A stretch of 33,836 bases of DNA from Octopus bimaculoides (lineage: Eukaryota), in assembly GCF_001194135.2 (NCBI RefSeq), contig NC_069001.1, positions 7,473,261 through 7,507,096 on the forward strand, in the 5' to 3' direction. The stretch's first letter is position 1; each line of letters starts with the position of its first letter. The position numbers were made by a program, and so were the translations under genes. The notes below the pieces were generated by a model. That model had not been told where the DNA came from, ran no database searches, and was given only the letters and a program-made list of their open reading frames with translations. Positions 21,895 through 33,380 of the stretch are shown in pieces.

Positions 21895-22315
21895 AATCAT
21901 TGCCAGTTTAAACCAGTTAGAAGCAGTTCTATATATTTTTGTAGCCTGAATCTTAAGTCAATGAGTTTAAAATTGTCCCAGTTTCAACTTGTTAAAACCA
22001 ATTCAAATTGTCACAATTTAAACTTGTTAAAACTAGTTTAAACTATTCAGTTTAAATCATTTCAGTTTTAACTTGTTAAAACCAGTTGAAATTGTCACAG
22101 TTTAACCCTGCTAACACCAGTTTAAGCTGGTAAAAACCAGTTTAAATCAACACAGTTTAAACTTGTTAAATAATCTAATCCAAATCACAAGAGTTTAAAC
22201 CTGTTAAAGCCAGTTTACACTTGTTAAAATCAGTTTATATAATTACGGTATAAATTCATTAAAAGTAGTTTAAATTAACATAGTTTAAACTTGTTAAAGA
22301 GTGATTCAAAATTGT
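21895..22315 (+). repeat. AT-rich composite minisatellite of ~20-bp CAGTTTAAACTTGTTAAAAC and ~15-bp CAGTTTAAATTGTCA units
   Basis: AGTTTAA(A) recurs about 20 times in a mostly alternating long/short arrangement. Confidence 0.8.
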
Positions 22316-22321
22316 CGAATA

Positions 22322-22545
22322 TCATCATCATCATTTAATGTCCATTTTCCATGCTGGCATAGGTTGGATGGTTTGAGTGAAGGTGACCAGCTGAAAGGCT
22401 GTTTAGGCACCATGTCTGTTTTTGACATGGTTTCTGCAGTTGGACGACCTTCCTAACACCAACCACTTCACAGAGTGTACTGGCTGCTTTTACGCAACAC
22501 CAGTATGGGTGCTTTTTATGTGACACCAGCACTTACGAGCCCACA
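22322..22545 (-). mobile_element. LINE-tail-derived element (family D variant)
   Basis: (CAT)n-TTTAATGTCCATTTTCCATGCTGGCATAGGTTGGA..CCTTCCTAACACCAACC; the end is shared with 28495 and 4720. Confidence 0.7.
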
Positions 22546-23410
22546 AGATTAGGAATGCTCAGCAGGCAGCCATGCTTTTATTTAGCTTGACGAATCTTTT
22601 CGAATATATATAGATATATATATATATATATATATATATANNNNNNNNNNNNNNNNNNNNNNNNNNNNNNNNNNNNNNNNNNNNNNNNNNNNNNNNNNNN
22701 NNNNNNNNNNNNNNNNNNNNNNNNNNNNNNNNNNNNNNNNNNNNNNNNNNNNNNNNNNNNNNNNNNNNNNNNNNNNNNNNNNNNNNNNNNNNNNNNNNNN
22801 NNNNNNNNNNNNNNNNNNNNNNNNNNNNNNNNNNNNNNNNNNNNNNNNNNNNNNNNNNNNNNNNNNNNNNNNNNNNNNNNNNNNNNNNNNNNNNNNNNNN
22901 NNNNNNNNNNNNNNNNNNNNNNNNNNNNNNNNNNNNNNNNNNNNNNNNNNNNNNNNNNNNNNNNNNNNNNNNNNNNNNNNNNNNNNNNNNNNNNNNNNNN
23001 NNNNNNNNNNNNNNNNNNNNNNNNNNNNNNNNNNNNNNNNNNNNNNNNNNNNNNNNNNNNNNNNNNNNNNNNNNNNNNNNNNNNNNNNNNNNNNNNNNNN
23101 NNNNNNNNNNNNNNNNNNNNNNNNNNNNNNNNNNNNNNNNNNNNNNNNNNNNNNNNNNNNNNNNNNNNNNNNNNNCTTGGAAGTAGTTCCCATTTCCATA
23201 TTGCCACCATCAACAGAAGGAACCAGTGGCATGCTACCACGCCTGTCATTGGAAAATTTTTCATTAGAAGAATCTGGAAGAAATGAAATAAATTACAATT
23301 ATTACTATTGTTGTTGTTGTTGCTGTTATTGTTTTTATTTTGTTTAATGCTTTAGTATTTAATCCAGTTATATCTGGCCCAGATATTCTCTACATGCTCT
23401 ATGTTCAAAC

Positions 23411-23671
23411 CAGTGCTGTGGAGTCGGAAACAATTAAGGGGTAACTGGAGTCAGAGTCGGCAAAACTATACTGACTCTGACTCACAATGTCTTTATTCTT
23501 TGATATAAACCAGTTATAACATATAGGCTGACTCAAAGTACAAGCGTATGCAAATGCTTTATGAGATATTTAGACCACAATCACTTAATCATATGAAGAG
23601 GAGTCAGAGTCAGAGGTGCCAATTGTAGAAGAGTCGGAGTCGGAGTTTACTGTTTCGACTCTACTGCCCTG
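23411..23671. mobile_element. hAT-type MITE, complete
   Basis: TIR CAGTGCTGTGGAGTCGGA versus CAGGGCAGTAGAGTCGAA (reverse complement of the right end; 14/18 identical). 8-bp flanks GTTCAAAC / GTTTAAAC (7/8). Internal GGAGTC/AGAGTC repeats. Confidence 0.8.
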
Positions 23672-23854
23672 GTTTAAACTGGCCAGACCTGGCTTTTCAC
23701 GCCTAACCAACAATGTCATTATAAAGAAAAGGTCTTTCTTCTCCTCATCATTGAAATCTTCAAGCTACAAGATAATGCATGATTAATTCAAAACATGTGA
23801 ATAAACAAGCGACATATTTGACAAAATAATTTGGATGCTAAAAGACTAAAATGG

Positions 23855-24270
23855 CAAGCAGCCAGAATGCTTAGCAGCATTCTCTTCCATCTCGTTAGGT
23901 CGTGAGTTCAAATTCTACCACAGATCAACTTAGCCTTTCACCCTTCCATGGGCAGTAAAATAAGTACCAATTAAACACTTGGATCGATGTAATTAGCTCC
24001 CTCATCTCTCTCTAATAGCTAGCCTTTTGCCAAAATTACATAATTATCATAACGATGGTGATGAGCTGGCAGAATCGTTAGCATGCTGGACGAAATGATT
24101 AGCGGTATTTTGTCTGCTCTCAGCTAATACAGCAAATTGCTCATACAATGAAGCACTCATACTGCAAGGTTCTACTGTACCAGTGATACACTAGGGTCAA
24201 TGTAATCAGCTAGTTCCCTCCCCCAAAATTCCAGGCTGTATGCCTTTAGTAGAAAGGATTATTATTATTT
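23855..24270 (+). mobile_element. Two adjacent SINE family B copies (about 23855-24030 and 24062-24270)
   Basis: Each has AATG(C/A)TTAGC and core remnants. The second ends CCTTTAGTAGAAAGGATT(ATT)n like 13190-13230. Confidence 0.8.
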
Positions 24271-24545
24271 ATGATTATTATTATTATTATTATTATTATT
24301 TTTATCATTATTGTGTGGGAGTCTTCTATATTGCACACCTGTCATCGCCATGGTAGCATGAAAAGTGATATCATTGTTATGATGATAATGATGATGATGA
24401 TAGTGATAACGGTGGGGGTGCTGGCAATGATAGGAATGATTGTGATGATAACAATAGGGTTCATGGGGATGATGATGAGAGAGATTACGCTGATGATGAC
24501 AAATAAGAAAGTGATGACAACAACAACAATGACAGTGATGGCAAA
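24271..24545 (+). repeat. (ATT)n and degenerate (GAT)n trinucleotide tract
   Basis: Direct reading. Confidence 0.85.
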
Positions 24546-24837
24546 TAATGGTAAAGTCAAGTTACAAAACCTTCAAAAAGTTTTTATATTGCAATCATAA
24601 GAACAATTCCAAACTGTTGTAGTCTTAGAAAATCGGAGAATAAAATTGTTTTGTAAATACGGTTATAATGTTTGAAAGGGAGAACAAAGAATTCTGCAAG
24701 AAGGGGAGAGGGGAGAGCGTGGAAGGGTAGGGCAGTATAAAAGGGTGGAGTTAATGGTGGGGAGGGGAGGGGAGTAGAAATTGGTATTAAAGGCAGACAA
24801 TTGAGGCATTAAAGTAAGGGATATTGTATTGTGTAGG

Positions 24838-25045
24838 GAAGAAGAAGAAGAAGAAATGGAAGGAAAAGAGGAAGTGGAAGAAGAAGAAGAAGAAGAAGAA
24901 GAAGAAGAATTGGAAGAAGAAGAAGAAGATTTGAAAAAAGAAAAAGAATTCTATGAAGAAAAACTGAAAGAAGAAAATGAAGAAGAAGAATTGAGAGAAG
25001 AAGAATTGGAAGAAGAAAAACTGGAAAAAGAACAACAAGAAGTAA
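24838..25045 (+). repeat. Degenerate (GAA)n tract
   Basis: Direct reading; gives the poly-Glu and poly-Phe ORFs. Confidence 0.85.
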
Positions 25046-25990
25046 TTACAATCTGACAAATTAGAAAAAAAAAAAAAAGGTTGAATTTTCAAAATGCTTC
25101 CTTCTCTCTTGTATTTTCCAACAATGGAGATTAATAAAAATCATTTCCTCCCGGATGTTATTTGCAGGTGTTTATTGCTGCTGCTGTTGTTGTTGTTGTT
25201 GCTGATGCTGCATTTATTTATTTATTNNNNNNNNNNNNNNNNNNNNNNNNNNNNNNNNNNNNNNNNNNNNNNNNNNNNNNNNNNNNNNNNNNNNNNNNNN
25301 NNNNNNNNNNNNNNNNNNNNNNNNNNNNNNNNNNNNNNNNNNNNNNNNNNNNNNNNNNNNNNNNNNNNNNNNNNNNNNNNNNNNNNNNNNNNNNNNNNNN
25401 NNNNNNNNNNNNNNNNNNNNNNNNNNNNNNNNNNNNNNNNNNNNNNNNNNNNNNNNNNNNNNNNNNNNNNNNNNNNNNNNNNNNNNNNNNNNNNNNNNNN
25501 NNNNNNNNNNNNNNNNNNNNNNNNNNNNNNNNNNNNNNNNNNNNNNNNNNNNNNNNNNNNNNNNNNNNNNNNNNNNNNNNNNNNNNNNNNNNNNNNNNNN
25601 NNNNNNNNNNNNNNNNNNNNNNNNNNNNNNNNNNNNNNNNNNNNNNNNNNNNNNNNNNNNNNNNNNNNNNNNNNNNNNNNNNNNNNNNNNNNNNNNNNNN
25701 NNNNNNNNNNNNNNNNNNNNNNNNNNNNNNNNNNNNNNNNNNNNNNNNNNNNNNNNNNNNNNNNNNNNNNNNNNNNNNNNNNNNNNNNNNNNNNNNNNNN
25801 NNNNNNNNNNNNNNNNNNNNNNNNNNNNNNNNNNNNNNNNNNNNNNNNNNNNNNNNNNNNNNNNNNNNNNNNNNNNNNNNNNNNNNNNNNNNNNNNNNNN
25901 NNNNNNNNNNNNNNNNNNNNNNNNNNNNNNNNNNNNNNNNNNNNNNNNNNNNNNNNNNNNNNNNNNNNNNNNNNNNNNNNNNNNNNNNNN

Positions 25991-26036
<46 letters not shown>

Positions 26037-26184
26037 TGCACATATATATATCACCAACACATATACACACAAAATATATGCTCTCACACACACACACATA
26101 AATACACATGCATATGTACACCTATGCAGACACACACGTGTATTCAAATACTCATATATATTGTGTATACAAATATAAAAACAC

Positions 26185-26217
<33 letters not shown>

Positions 26218-26256
26218 ATTTTTAAGACTGTTCCACAAGGTTCCACCCTTAAAAAT

Positions 26257-26290
<34 letters not shown>

Positions 26291-26669
26291 TGTACATATA
26301 AATGTGTGTGTGTGTGCATGCGTGTGTGTGTGTGTGTGTGTATGTGTGTGTATTGAAAGAATTTATTATAAGAATTAGAAAAATCTGATCTTTTAACTAA
26401 ATTTCATGACAAAAGATTCCAGTAAATAAATAAACCAGAAAAATAAAATAAAATAGAATTAAAAAAAAAAAAAAAGTGAAATAAAACCAAAATTATAAAA
26501 TTTTACATGATTTTGTAGTTTTCTGGGTTAGAAAGGGAAAACAGGAACCCCCACCATAAAAAACTTTCTCTCTCTCTTCCCCCCCGTCCCCATCCGAGGC
26601 CCCCAATAAATATGGCCTGATTCGTTGTTGCTGAATAAACGGAATTGGTAAATAACAACAGCAGCTGAA

Positions 26670-26939
26670 GATGTTGCTTGTGGTGATGGTGGTGATGGTG
26701 GTAGTGGTGGTGATGATGATGATGAGGACGATAATAGTACCAGTGGTGATGGTGAACTAGTAGTGGTGATGGTGAACTAGTAGTGGTGGTGGTGGTTGTA
26801 GTGGCAGTGACAATGACGATGATGATGATGATGGTAACAATGATAGCAATGTTGATGCTGATGATGACGACAATGATGATGATAACTACGACAGTGTGAT
26901 GATGATGGTGGTGGTGGTGGTGGTGGTGGTGGTGGTGGT
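26670..26939 (+). repeat. (GGT/GAT)n tract including a duplicated 21-bp unit AGTGGTGATGGTGAACTAGT
   Basis: Direct reading. Confidence 0.85.
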
Positions 26940-27513
26940 NNNNNNNNNNNNNNNNNNNNNNNNNNNNNNNNNNNNNNNNNNNNNNNNNNNNNNNNNNNNN
27001 NNNNNNNNNNNNNNNNNNNNNNNNNNNNNNNNNNNNNNNNNNNNNNNNNNNNNNNNNNNNNNNNNNNNNNNNNNNNNNNNNNNNNNNNNNNNNNNNNNNN
27101 NNNNNNNNNNNNNNNNNNNNNNNNNNNNNNNNNNNNNNNNNNNNNNNNNNNNNNNNNNNNNNNNNNNNNNNNNNNNNNNNNNNNNNNNNNNNNNNNNNNN
27201 NNNNNNNNNNNNNNNNNNNNNNNNNNNNNNNNNNNNNNNNNNNNNNNNNNNNNNNNNNNNNNNNNNNNNNNNNNNNNNNNNNNNNNNNNNNNNNNNNNNN
27301 NNNNNNNNNNNNNNNNNNNNNNNNNNNNNNNNNNNNNNNNNNNNNNNNNNNNNNNNNNNNNNNNNNNNNNNNNNNNNNNNNNNNNNNNNNNNNNNNNNNN
27401 NNNNNNNNNNNNNNNNNNNNNNNNNNNNNNNNNNNNNNNNNNNNNNNNNNNNNNNNNNNNNNNNNNNNNNNNNNNNNNNNNNNNNNNNNNNNNNNNNNNN
27501 NNNNNNNNNNNNN

Positions 27514-27551
<38 letters not shown>

Positions 27552-27885
27552 ACAGTATGTATATATATTTATGTATATGAAGATGTATGTGTATATATTT
27601 ATATATATATGTACATGTACCTATGTATGTATGTATATATACATATATATATATGTTTATATATGTATATGTACGTATATATGTGCGTGTGTGTGTGTAT
27701 ATGTATCTATGTGTGTGTATATATGTGTGTGTATATGTATGTGCATGTACATATAAAAATATACACATATATATATATGTATATGTACATATATATGTGT
27801 GTGTGTGCATATGTATCTATGTGTGTGTGTGTGTGTATATGTATGTGCATGTACATATAAAAATATCCATATATATATATGTATG

Positions 27886-27934
<49 letters not shown>

Positions 27935-27950
27935 GCATGTGTATGCACGT
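27514..27950 (+). repeat. Compound TA/TG/CA microsatellite with an internal higher-order duplication
   Basis: GTATGTGCATGTACATATAAAAATAT occurs twice (about 27736 and 27841). Confidence 0.85.
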
Positions 27951-28494
27951 GTTATATAAGACGGATGTTAAATGTTGAATGATGGTATATATAAAACCAT
28001 TTAATTGTTTCTTTTACTGCTTCTCTCTCTTCCTCTCCTTCCTTGCCGTCCACAAAGAGAGAGAGATTCACTTCTGCCTTCATTTTAATGCAGGATACTT
28101 TAAATATGGCCACAGTAAATACAAAAGCTTACTTGTGAGCACACAGTTATGTCTCGTCTCATCTCATCTCCTGTCTCTCTGTGACACAAGGCTGGGCTAT
28201 GGAGGAATGGGGGATGGTGAATTAGAACAACAACCTTGCCTCCCCCCCCCCCCTTTTTGAATTCCATATGTCCAACGCTCATAGGCATGCTTAGAAAATA
28301 AGGAAAAACAAGGTGGTGGGGTCTCCGAAAGGGGCCTCAGGGAATAGCGTCCTTACCTTCCTGAGCTAGTTTTCCACCACATTTCTTAAAAATCGTGGTA
28401 GAGGCCTTGGTCTTGGGACCATTCATGTCTAGAAACTGAGGTTGGGGGTAAACAAGGGCATGCTCCCCATAGAATGTGTATGTATGTATATCAT

Positions 28495-28590
28495 CGTCAT
28501 CGTCATCATCATCATCATCATCATCATCATCGTTTAACGTCCGCTTTCCATGCTAGCATGGGTTGGACCATTCGACTGAGGACTGGTGAA
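28495..28590 (-). mobile_element. LINE-tail-derived element (family D variant), 3' end
   Basis: (CAT)n-CGTTTAACGTCCGCTTTCCATGCTAGCATGGGTTGGAC. Confidence 0.75.
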
Positions 28591-28699
28591 CCAGATGGCT
28601 ACATGGATGATGAATGGATGAGTGCAACTCATGGATGATGAACAAGAAGTTGCACAAGAGAGAGAGAGAGAAACAGAGAGAGAAAAGTGAAGCAGTTAC

Positions 28700-28850
28700 T
28701 TCTCCATAACTTGGCAGCTCAGCAAAAGAGACTGACAGAATAACTAAAAGGCTTAAAATTTAACTACTGGAGTTGATAAATTCAACTAAAATTCTTCAAG
28801 GCGGTGCCCCAGCATGGCCACAGACCAATGACTGAAACAAATGAAAGAGA
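28700..28850 (+). mobile_element. SINE family A tail, variant subfamily
   Basis: GCAAAAGAGACTGACAGAATAA..AAGGCGGTGCCCCAGCATGGCCACAG..ATGACTGAAACAA. Confidence 0.75.
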
Positions 28851-28872
28851 AAGAAAAAGGAGCAGAAATAAT

Positions 28873-28921
<49 letters not shown>

Positions 28922-29970
28922 AGAGAGAGAAAGAGAGAGAAAGAGAGAGAAAGAGAGAGAGGATAGTGAAGGAGAAGAAGAAAGAATAAGAAGAAGAGAG
29001 TCTGTGTCATTCGAATGAAAACAATGACCCCCAATGAGCTTGTGTATATATGTGTGTATATGTGTGTGTGTGTGTGTGTNNNNNNNNNNNNNNNNNNNNN
29101 NNNNNNNNNNNNNNNNNNNNNNNNNNNNNNNNNNNNNNNNNNNNNNNNNNNNNNNNNNNNNNNNNNNNNNNNNNNNNNNNNNNNNNNNNNNNNNNNNNNN
29201 NNNNNNNNNNNNNNNNNNNNNNNNNNNNNNNNNNNNNNNNNNNNNNNNNNNNNNNNNNNNNNNNNNNNNNNNNNNNNNNNNNNNNNNNNNNNNNNNNNNN
29301 NNNNNNNNNNNNNNNNNNNNNNNNNNNNNNNNNNNNNNNNNNNNNNNNNNNNNNNNNNNNNNNNNNNNNNNNNNNNNNNNNNNNNNNNNNNNNNNNNNNN
29401 NNNNNNNNNNNNNNNNNNNNNNNNNNNNNNNNNNNNNNNNNNNNNNNNNNNNNNNNNNNNNNNNNNNNNNNNNNNNNNNNNNNNNNNNNNNNNNNNNNNN
29501 NNNNNNNNNNNNNNNNNNNNNNNNNNNNNNNNNNNNNNNNNNNNNNNNNNNNNNNNNNNNNNNNNNNNNNNNNNNNNNNNNNNNNNNNNNNNNNNNNNNN
29601 NNNNNNNNNNNNNNNNNNNNNNNNNNNNNNNNNNNNNNNNNNNNNNNNNNNNNNNNNNNNNNNNNNNNNNNNNNNNNNNNNNNNNNNNNNNNNNNNNNNN
29701 NNNNNNNNNNNNNNNNNNNNNNNNNNNNNNNNNNNNNNNNNNNNNNNNNNNNNNNNNNNNNNNNNNNNNNNNNNNNNNNNNNNNNNNNNNNNNNNNNNNN
29801 NNNNNNNNNNNNNNNNNNNNNNNNNNNNNNNNNNNNNNNNNNNNNNNNNNNNNNNNNNNNNNNNNNNNNNNNNNNNNNNNNNNNNNNNNNNNNNNNNNNN
29901 NNNNNNNNNNNNNNNNNNNNNNNNNNNNNNNNNNNNNNNNNNNNNNNNNNNNNNNNNNNNNNNNNNNNNN

Positions 29971-30079
29971 CCCCATTATTGCCCCACTTTTCTTCAACGC
30001 CCCCTTGGAACTTTCCACCACGCCCGGGGGTGGGGTGGGGTGGGGTGGCGGGCAATACCGCCCGTTTTGGGAACCACTG
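29971..30079. mobile_element. hAT/Charlie-like element end; remainder lost in the gap
   Basis: Ends TTTGGGAACCACTG, the reverse complement of CAGTGGTTCCCAAA, a common hAT terminus. Contains a (GGGGT)4 run at 30026-30045. Confidence 0.55.
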
Positions 30080-30124
30080 CTGTAAATGAACGTCATTCGT
30101 TTTTAAATATTCTTCTGAAAAGAG

Positions 30125-30280
30125 TCAGGCCATGGGGAAATATTACCTTATTTGGAAAGAGGTGAGGGTTGATGACAGGAGGAGCATCCACCTGTAGAAT
30201 AAATTACTTGCCTCAATAAACTCCGTCCAACTCATTCAAGCATGGAAAAGTGGACATCAAAATGATGATGATGATGATGA
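30125..30280 (+). mobile_element. LINE-tail-derived element (family D)
   Basis: GGCCATGGGGAAATATTACCTT..GGTGAGGGTTGATGACAGGAGGAGCATCC..CAAGCATGGAAAAGTGGACATCAAA(ATG)n. Confidence 0.8.
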
Positions 30281-30296
30281 TTAACTATCTATATAT

Positions 30297-30331
<35 letters not shown>

Positions 30332-32481
30332 TGCATGTGTGCATGCATGCGTGTATGTGGGTGTATGTGAATATATGCATGCGTGAGTGTATATATGTGT
30401 ATATATGCATGTATGTGTGTGCATATGCAGGTATGTATGTGTGTCTATATATACATGCATAAATATGTATGCGTTTCTGTCTGTGTATATTCATGTGTGC
30501 ACNNNNNNNNNNATGCATAAATATGTATGCGTTTCTGTCTGTGTATATTCATGTGTGCACATATGCATTTATGTGTATGCATATGTGTATGTATGTATGT
30601 GTGCATATATGTGTACATGTACATGTATGTATGCATATATGTTTATGCTTGTGTGTGTGTGTATATTGATCATTTAGAAGTAAAAAAGACAAAAAAAAAC
30701 AAAGAAACAAAAAAAAAACAGAAAACAGAAGCTATTTAGATAGACTTTCTTCTATTATAACAACAGAATTCTTTTCTTCTAGAATATCTTCCAGCTATAT
30801 AACCATGTAAAGCAAGATATATTTCTTATAATGAAGCCCGGCTAAAAGGAACCGAGAGAAATAAATTGGCGCTGGCAGAATCCCAAAGAGCCATTTACAA
30901 TACGAAACGGAGGAGGAGAAGGAGGAGGAGGAGGAGGAGGAGGAGGAGGGGCCAAAGCAGCGCAAAAGAAACACAAAAAAAACATACCAAAACCAAATAA
31001 TACTACTACTACAACTACTACCGTTATTAATAATAATAATGATAATAATAATAAAGATGGCGGTGGGTGGGGGGTGTTGGGGCGACGAAAACAGAAACAT
31101 TACAAGCAGACCATTTTCNNNNNNNNNNNNNNNNNNNNNNNNNNNNNNNNNNNNNNNNNNNNNNNNNNNNNNNNNNNNNNNNNNNNNNNNNNNNNNNNNN
31201 NNNNNNNNNNNNNNNNNNNNNNNNNNNNNNNNNNNNNNNNNNNNNNNNNNNNNNNNNNNNNNNNNNNNNNNNNNNNNNNNNNNNNNNNNNNNNNNNNNNN
31301 NNNNNNNNNNNNNNNNNNNNNNNNNNNNNNNNNNNNNNNNNNNNNNNNNNNNNNNNNNNNNNNNNNNNNNNNNNNNNNNNNNNNNNNNNNNNNNNNNNNN
31401 NNNNNNNNNNNNNNNNNNNNNNNNNNNNNNNNNNNNNNNNNNNNNNNNNNNNNNNNNNNNNNNNNNNNNNNNNNNNNNNNNNNNNNNNNNNNNNNNNNNN
31501 NNNNNNNNNNNNNNNNNNNNNNNNNNNNNNNNNNNNNNNNNNNNNNNNNNNNNNNNNNNNNNNNNNNNNNNNNNNNNNNNNNNNNNNNNNNNNNNNNNNN
31601 NNNNNNNNNNNNNNNNNNNNNNNNNNNNNNNNNNNNNNNNNNNNNNNNNNNNNNNNNNNNNNNNNNNNNNNNNNNNNNNNNNNNNNNNNNNNNNNNNNNN
31701 NNNNNNNNNNNNNNNNNNNNNNNNNNNNNNNNNNNNNNNNNNNNNNNNNNNNNNNNNNNNNNNNNNNNNNNNNNNNNNNNNNNNNNNNNCAATACCACGA
31801 CCACCAATATCATACCACCGCCATCACCCCCAACAACACTAACACACCCACCACCGCCACCACCACCAATAGCACCAACATCAACACCACCAACAACAAC
31901 AACAACAGATGTTGCTGACATTGTTTACAATGAAGACTAGCAGAACAACAACTACAACAATACCATGTAACAAAAAAAAAACAGGAATAAAAAAAAGAAA
32001 AAAAACCTACTGTGTGATGGAATAGTTTGTAATATGAATAAATAGAGAAAGTTACAAAAATATGTTTTATTCCATTTTTCTACTTTTTATCTCATATTTT
32101 TCTCTTTTTTTTCGATCCATTTTATATTATTATTTTCATATTTCAATATTTCCTTTGATAATTACCAAAATAAAAATAAACGAAAAAAAAAAAACTCTGT
32201 TGGCCCATCTCATGATTCAACAATAAAATTCTTTTATGATCCGACAATAGGCTTTCTAAATAGCTGTCTAACTCGCTCAATATAACAGCTAAATCTCCCT
32301 CCATGAACTCTCTCTGTAGTATGAACATATTTTGGTACTGGAGGTCTTGAATTAATCACTCTTTGCTCACCCAAACACAAATGGAAAAGCTGTGCCAGAC
32401 CAAAGTTTTACATTCATTGAATTTGTTGCCCTCTTAAATAAAACCAACAGGAAATTGTATTTTTCTGAAATAATATATTCT

Positions 32482-32672
32482 CTTTTACTTACTTCTTTCA
32501 GTCATTTGACTGCGGCCATGCTGGAGCACCACCTTTAGTCGAGCAAATCGACCCCAGGACTTATTCTTTGTAAGCCTAGNNNNNNNNNNACACTTGCCCA
32601 AGGTGCCACGCAGTTGGGACTGAACCCAGAACCATGTTGTTCGTAAGCAAGTTACTTACCCCACAGCCACTC
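32482..32672 (-). mobile_element. SINE family A with its middle collapsed into a 10-N gap
   Basis: Tail 32482-32579 and head 32590-32672 both match 20306-20693. Confidence 0.85.
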
Positions 32673-32700
32673 CTATGCCTATGTCGATAATGATGTTGAC

Positions 32701-32946
32701 AGAGTAAAGATTATTTGCCAACATAACATGGCAGTCCTGGTTTAGGACAAATGTTGCTGTAATTTAGCCCCAGGAGACATCGTCTCCAGCTGGCTATACA
32801 ACATGATCTGTGTCCTTATATTTTCAAACAAGGACACAGATCGTGTCGTACGGCCAGCTGAAGACGATGTCTCCTGGGGCTAAATTACAGCAACATTCAT
32901 CCTAAACCAGGACTGCCATGTTATGCTGCCAAATAATCTTTACTCT
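32701..32946. repeat. Long inverted repeat (117-bp arms, 12-nt loop); probable fold-back MITE
   Basis: Arm 32701-32817 versus the reverse complement of 32830-32946: 108/117 identical, no indels. Loop ATATTTTCAAAC. Confidence 0.95.
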
Positions 32947-33020
32947 AGAGTACTGTTGCTGACTATCTCTTCATTGAGAGATTTACAAATAGTAATTTTC
33001 AATGATGATGATGATATCAC

Positions 33021-33380
33021 ATGTAGTTGCGTAGTAACAAATTGGTTTCTTAAAAGTATGGTTCTGGTTTCAATCCTACTGCATGGTACTTTGGGCAACT
33101 GTCTTTTATTATGTAGCCTCAAGTTGACTAAAGCCTAGGGGGTTTCAGAGGTGGAAACTAGAAGCAGCTGGTCACATGTGTGCGAGCATCTGTGTGTGTG
33201 TGTGTGTGTGTGTGTGTGAGTATGTGTACGTTTGTGGAGCCTTGACTTGACATTGTTTGATGACTGTAAACGGTCTGTCAGTGTCACACAAAATTCAGCA
33301 CAAAACAAGTCTGGGAAAATATTTCCTTGCTTCAAAGCATGGAAAAATGGAGGTAAAAACGATTATGATGATGATGATGA
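33021..33380 (+). mobile_element. Old SINE: family-A-like head, (TG)n, then family-D-like tail
   Basis: TATGGTTCTGGTTTCAATCCTACTGCATGGTACTTTGGGCAACTGTCTT head, then CCTTGACTTGACAT..GTAAAC..GGAAAATATTTCCTTGCTT..AAGCATGGAAAAATGGA..(GAT)n. Confidence 0.65.

Noticed and set aside
24829-25056. Poly-Glu ORF resembling an acidic protein tail
   Set aside because: Degenerate (GAA)n tract between other simple repeats, with no splice or homology support.
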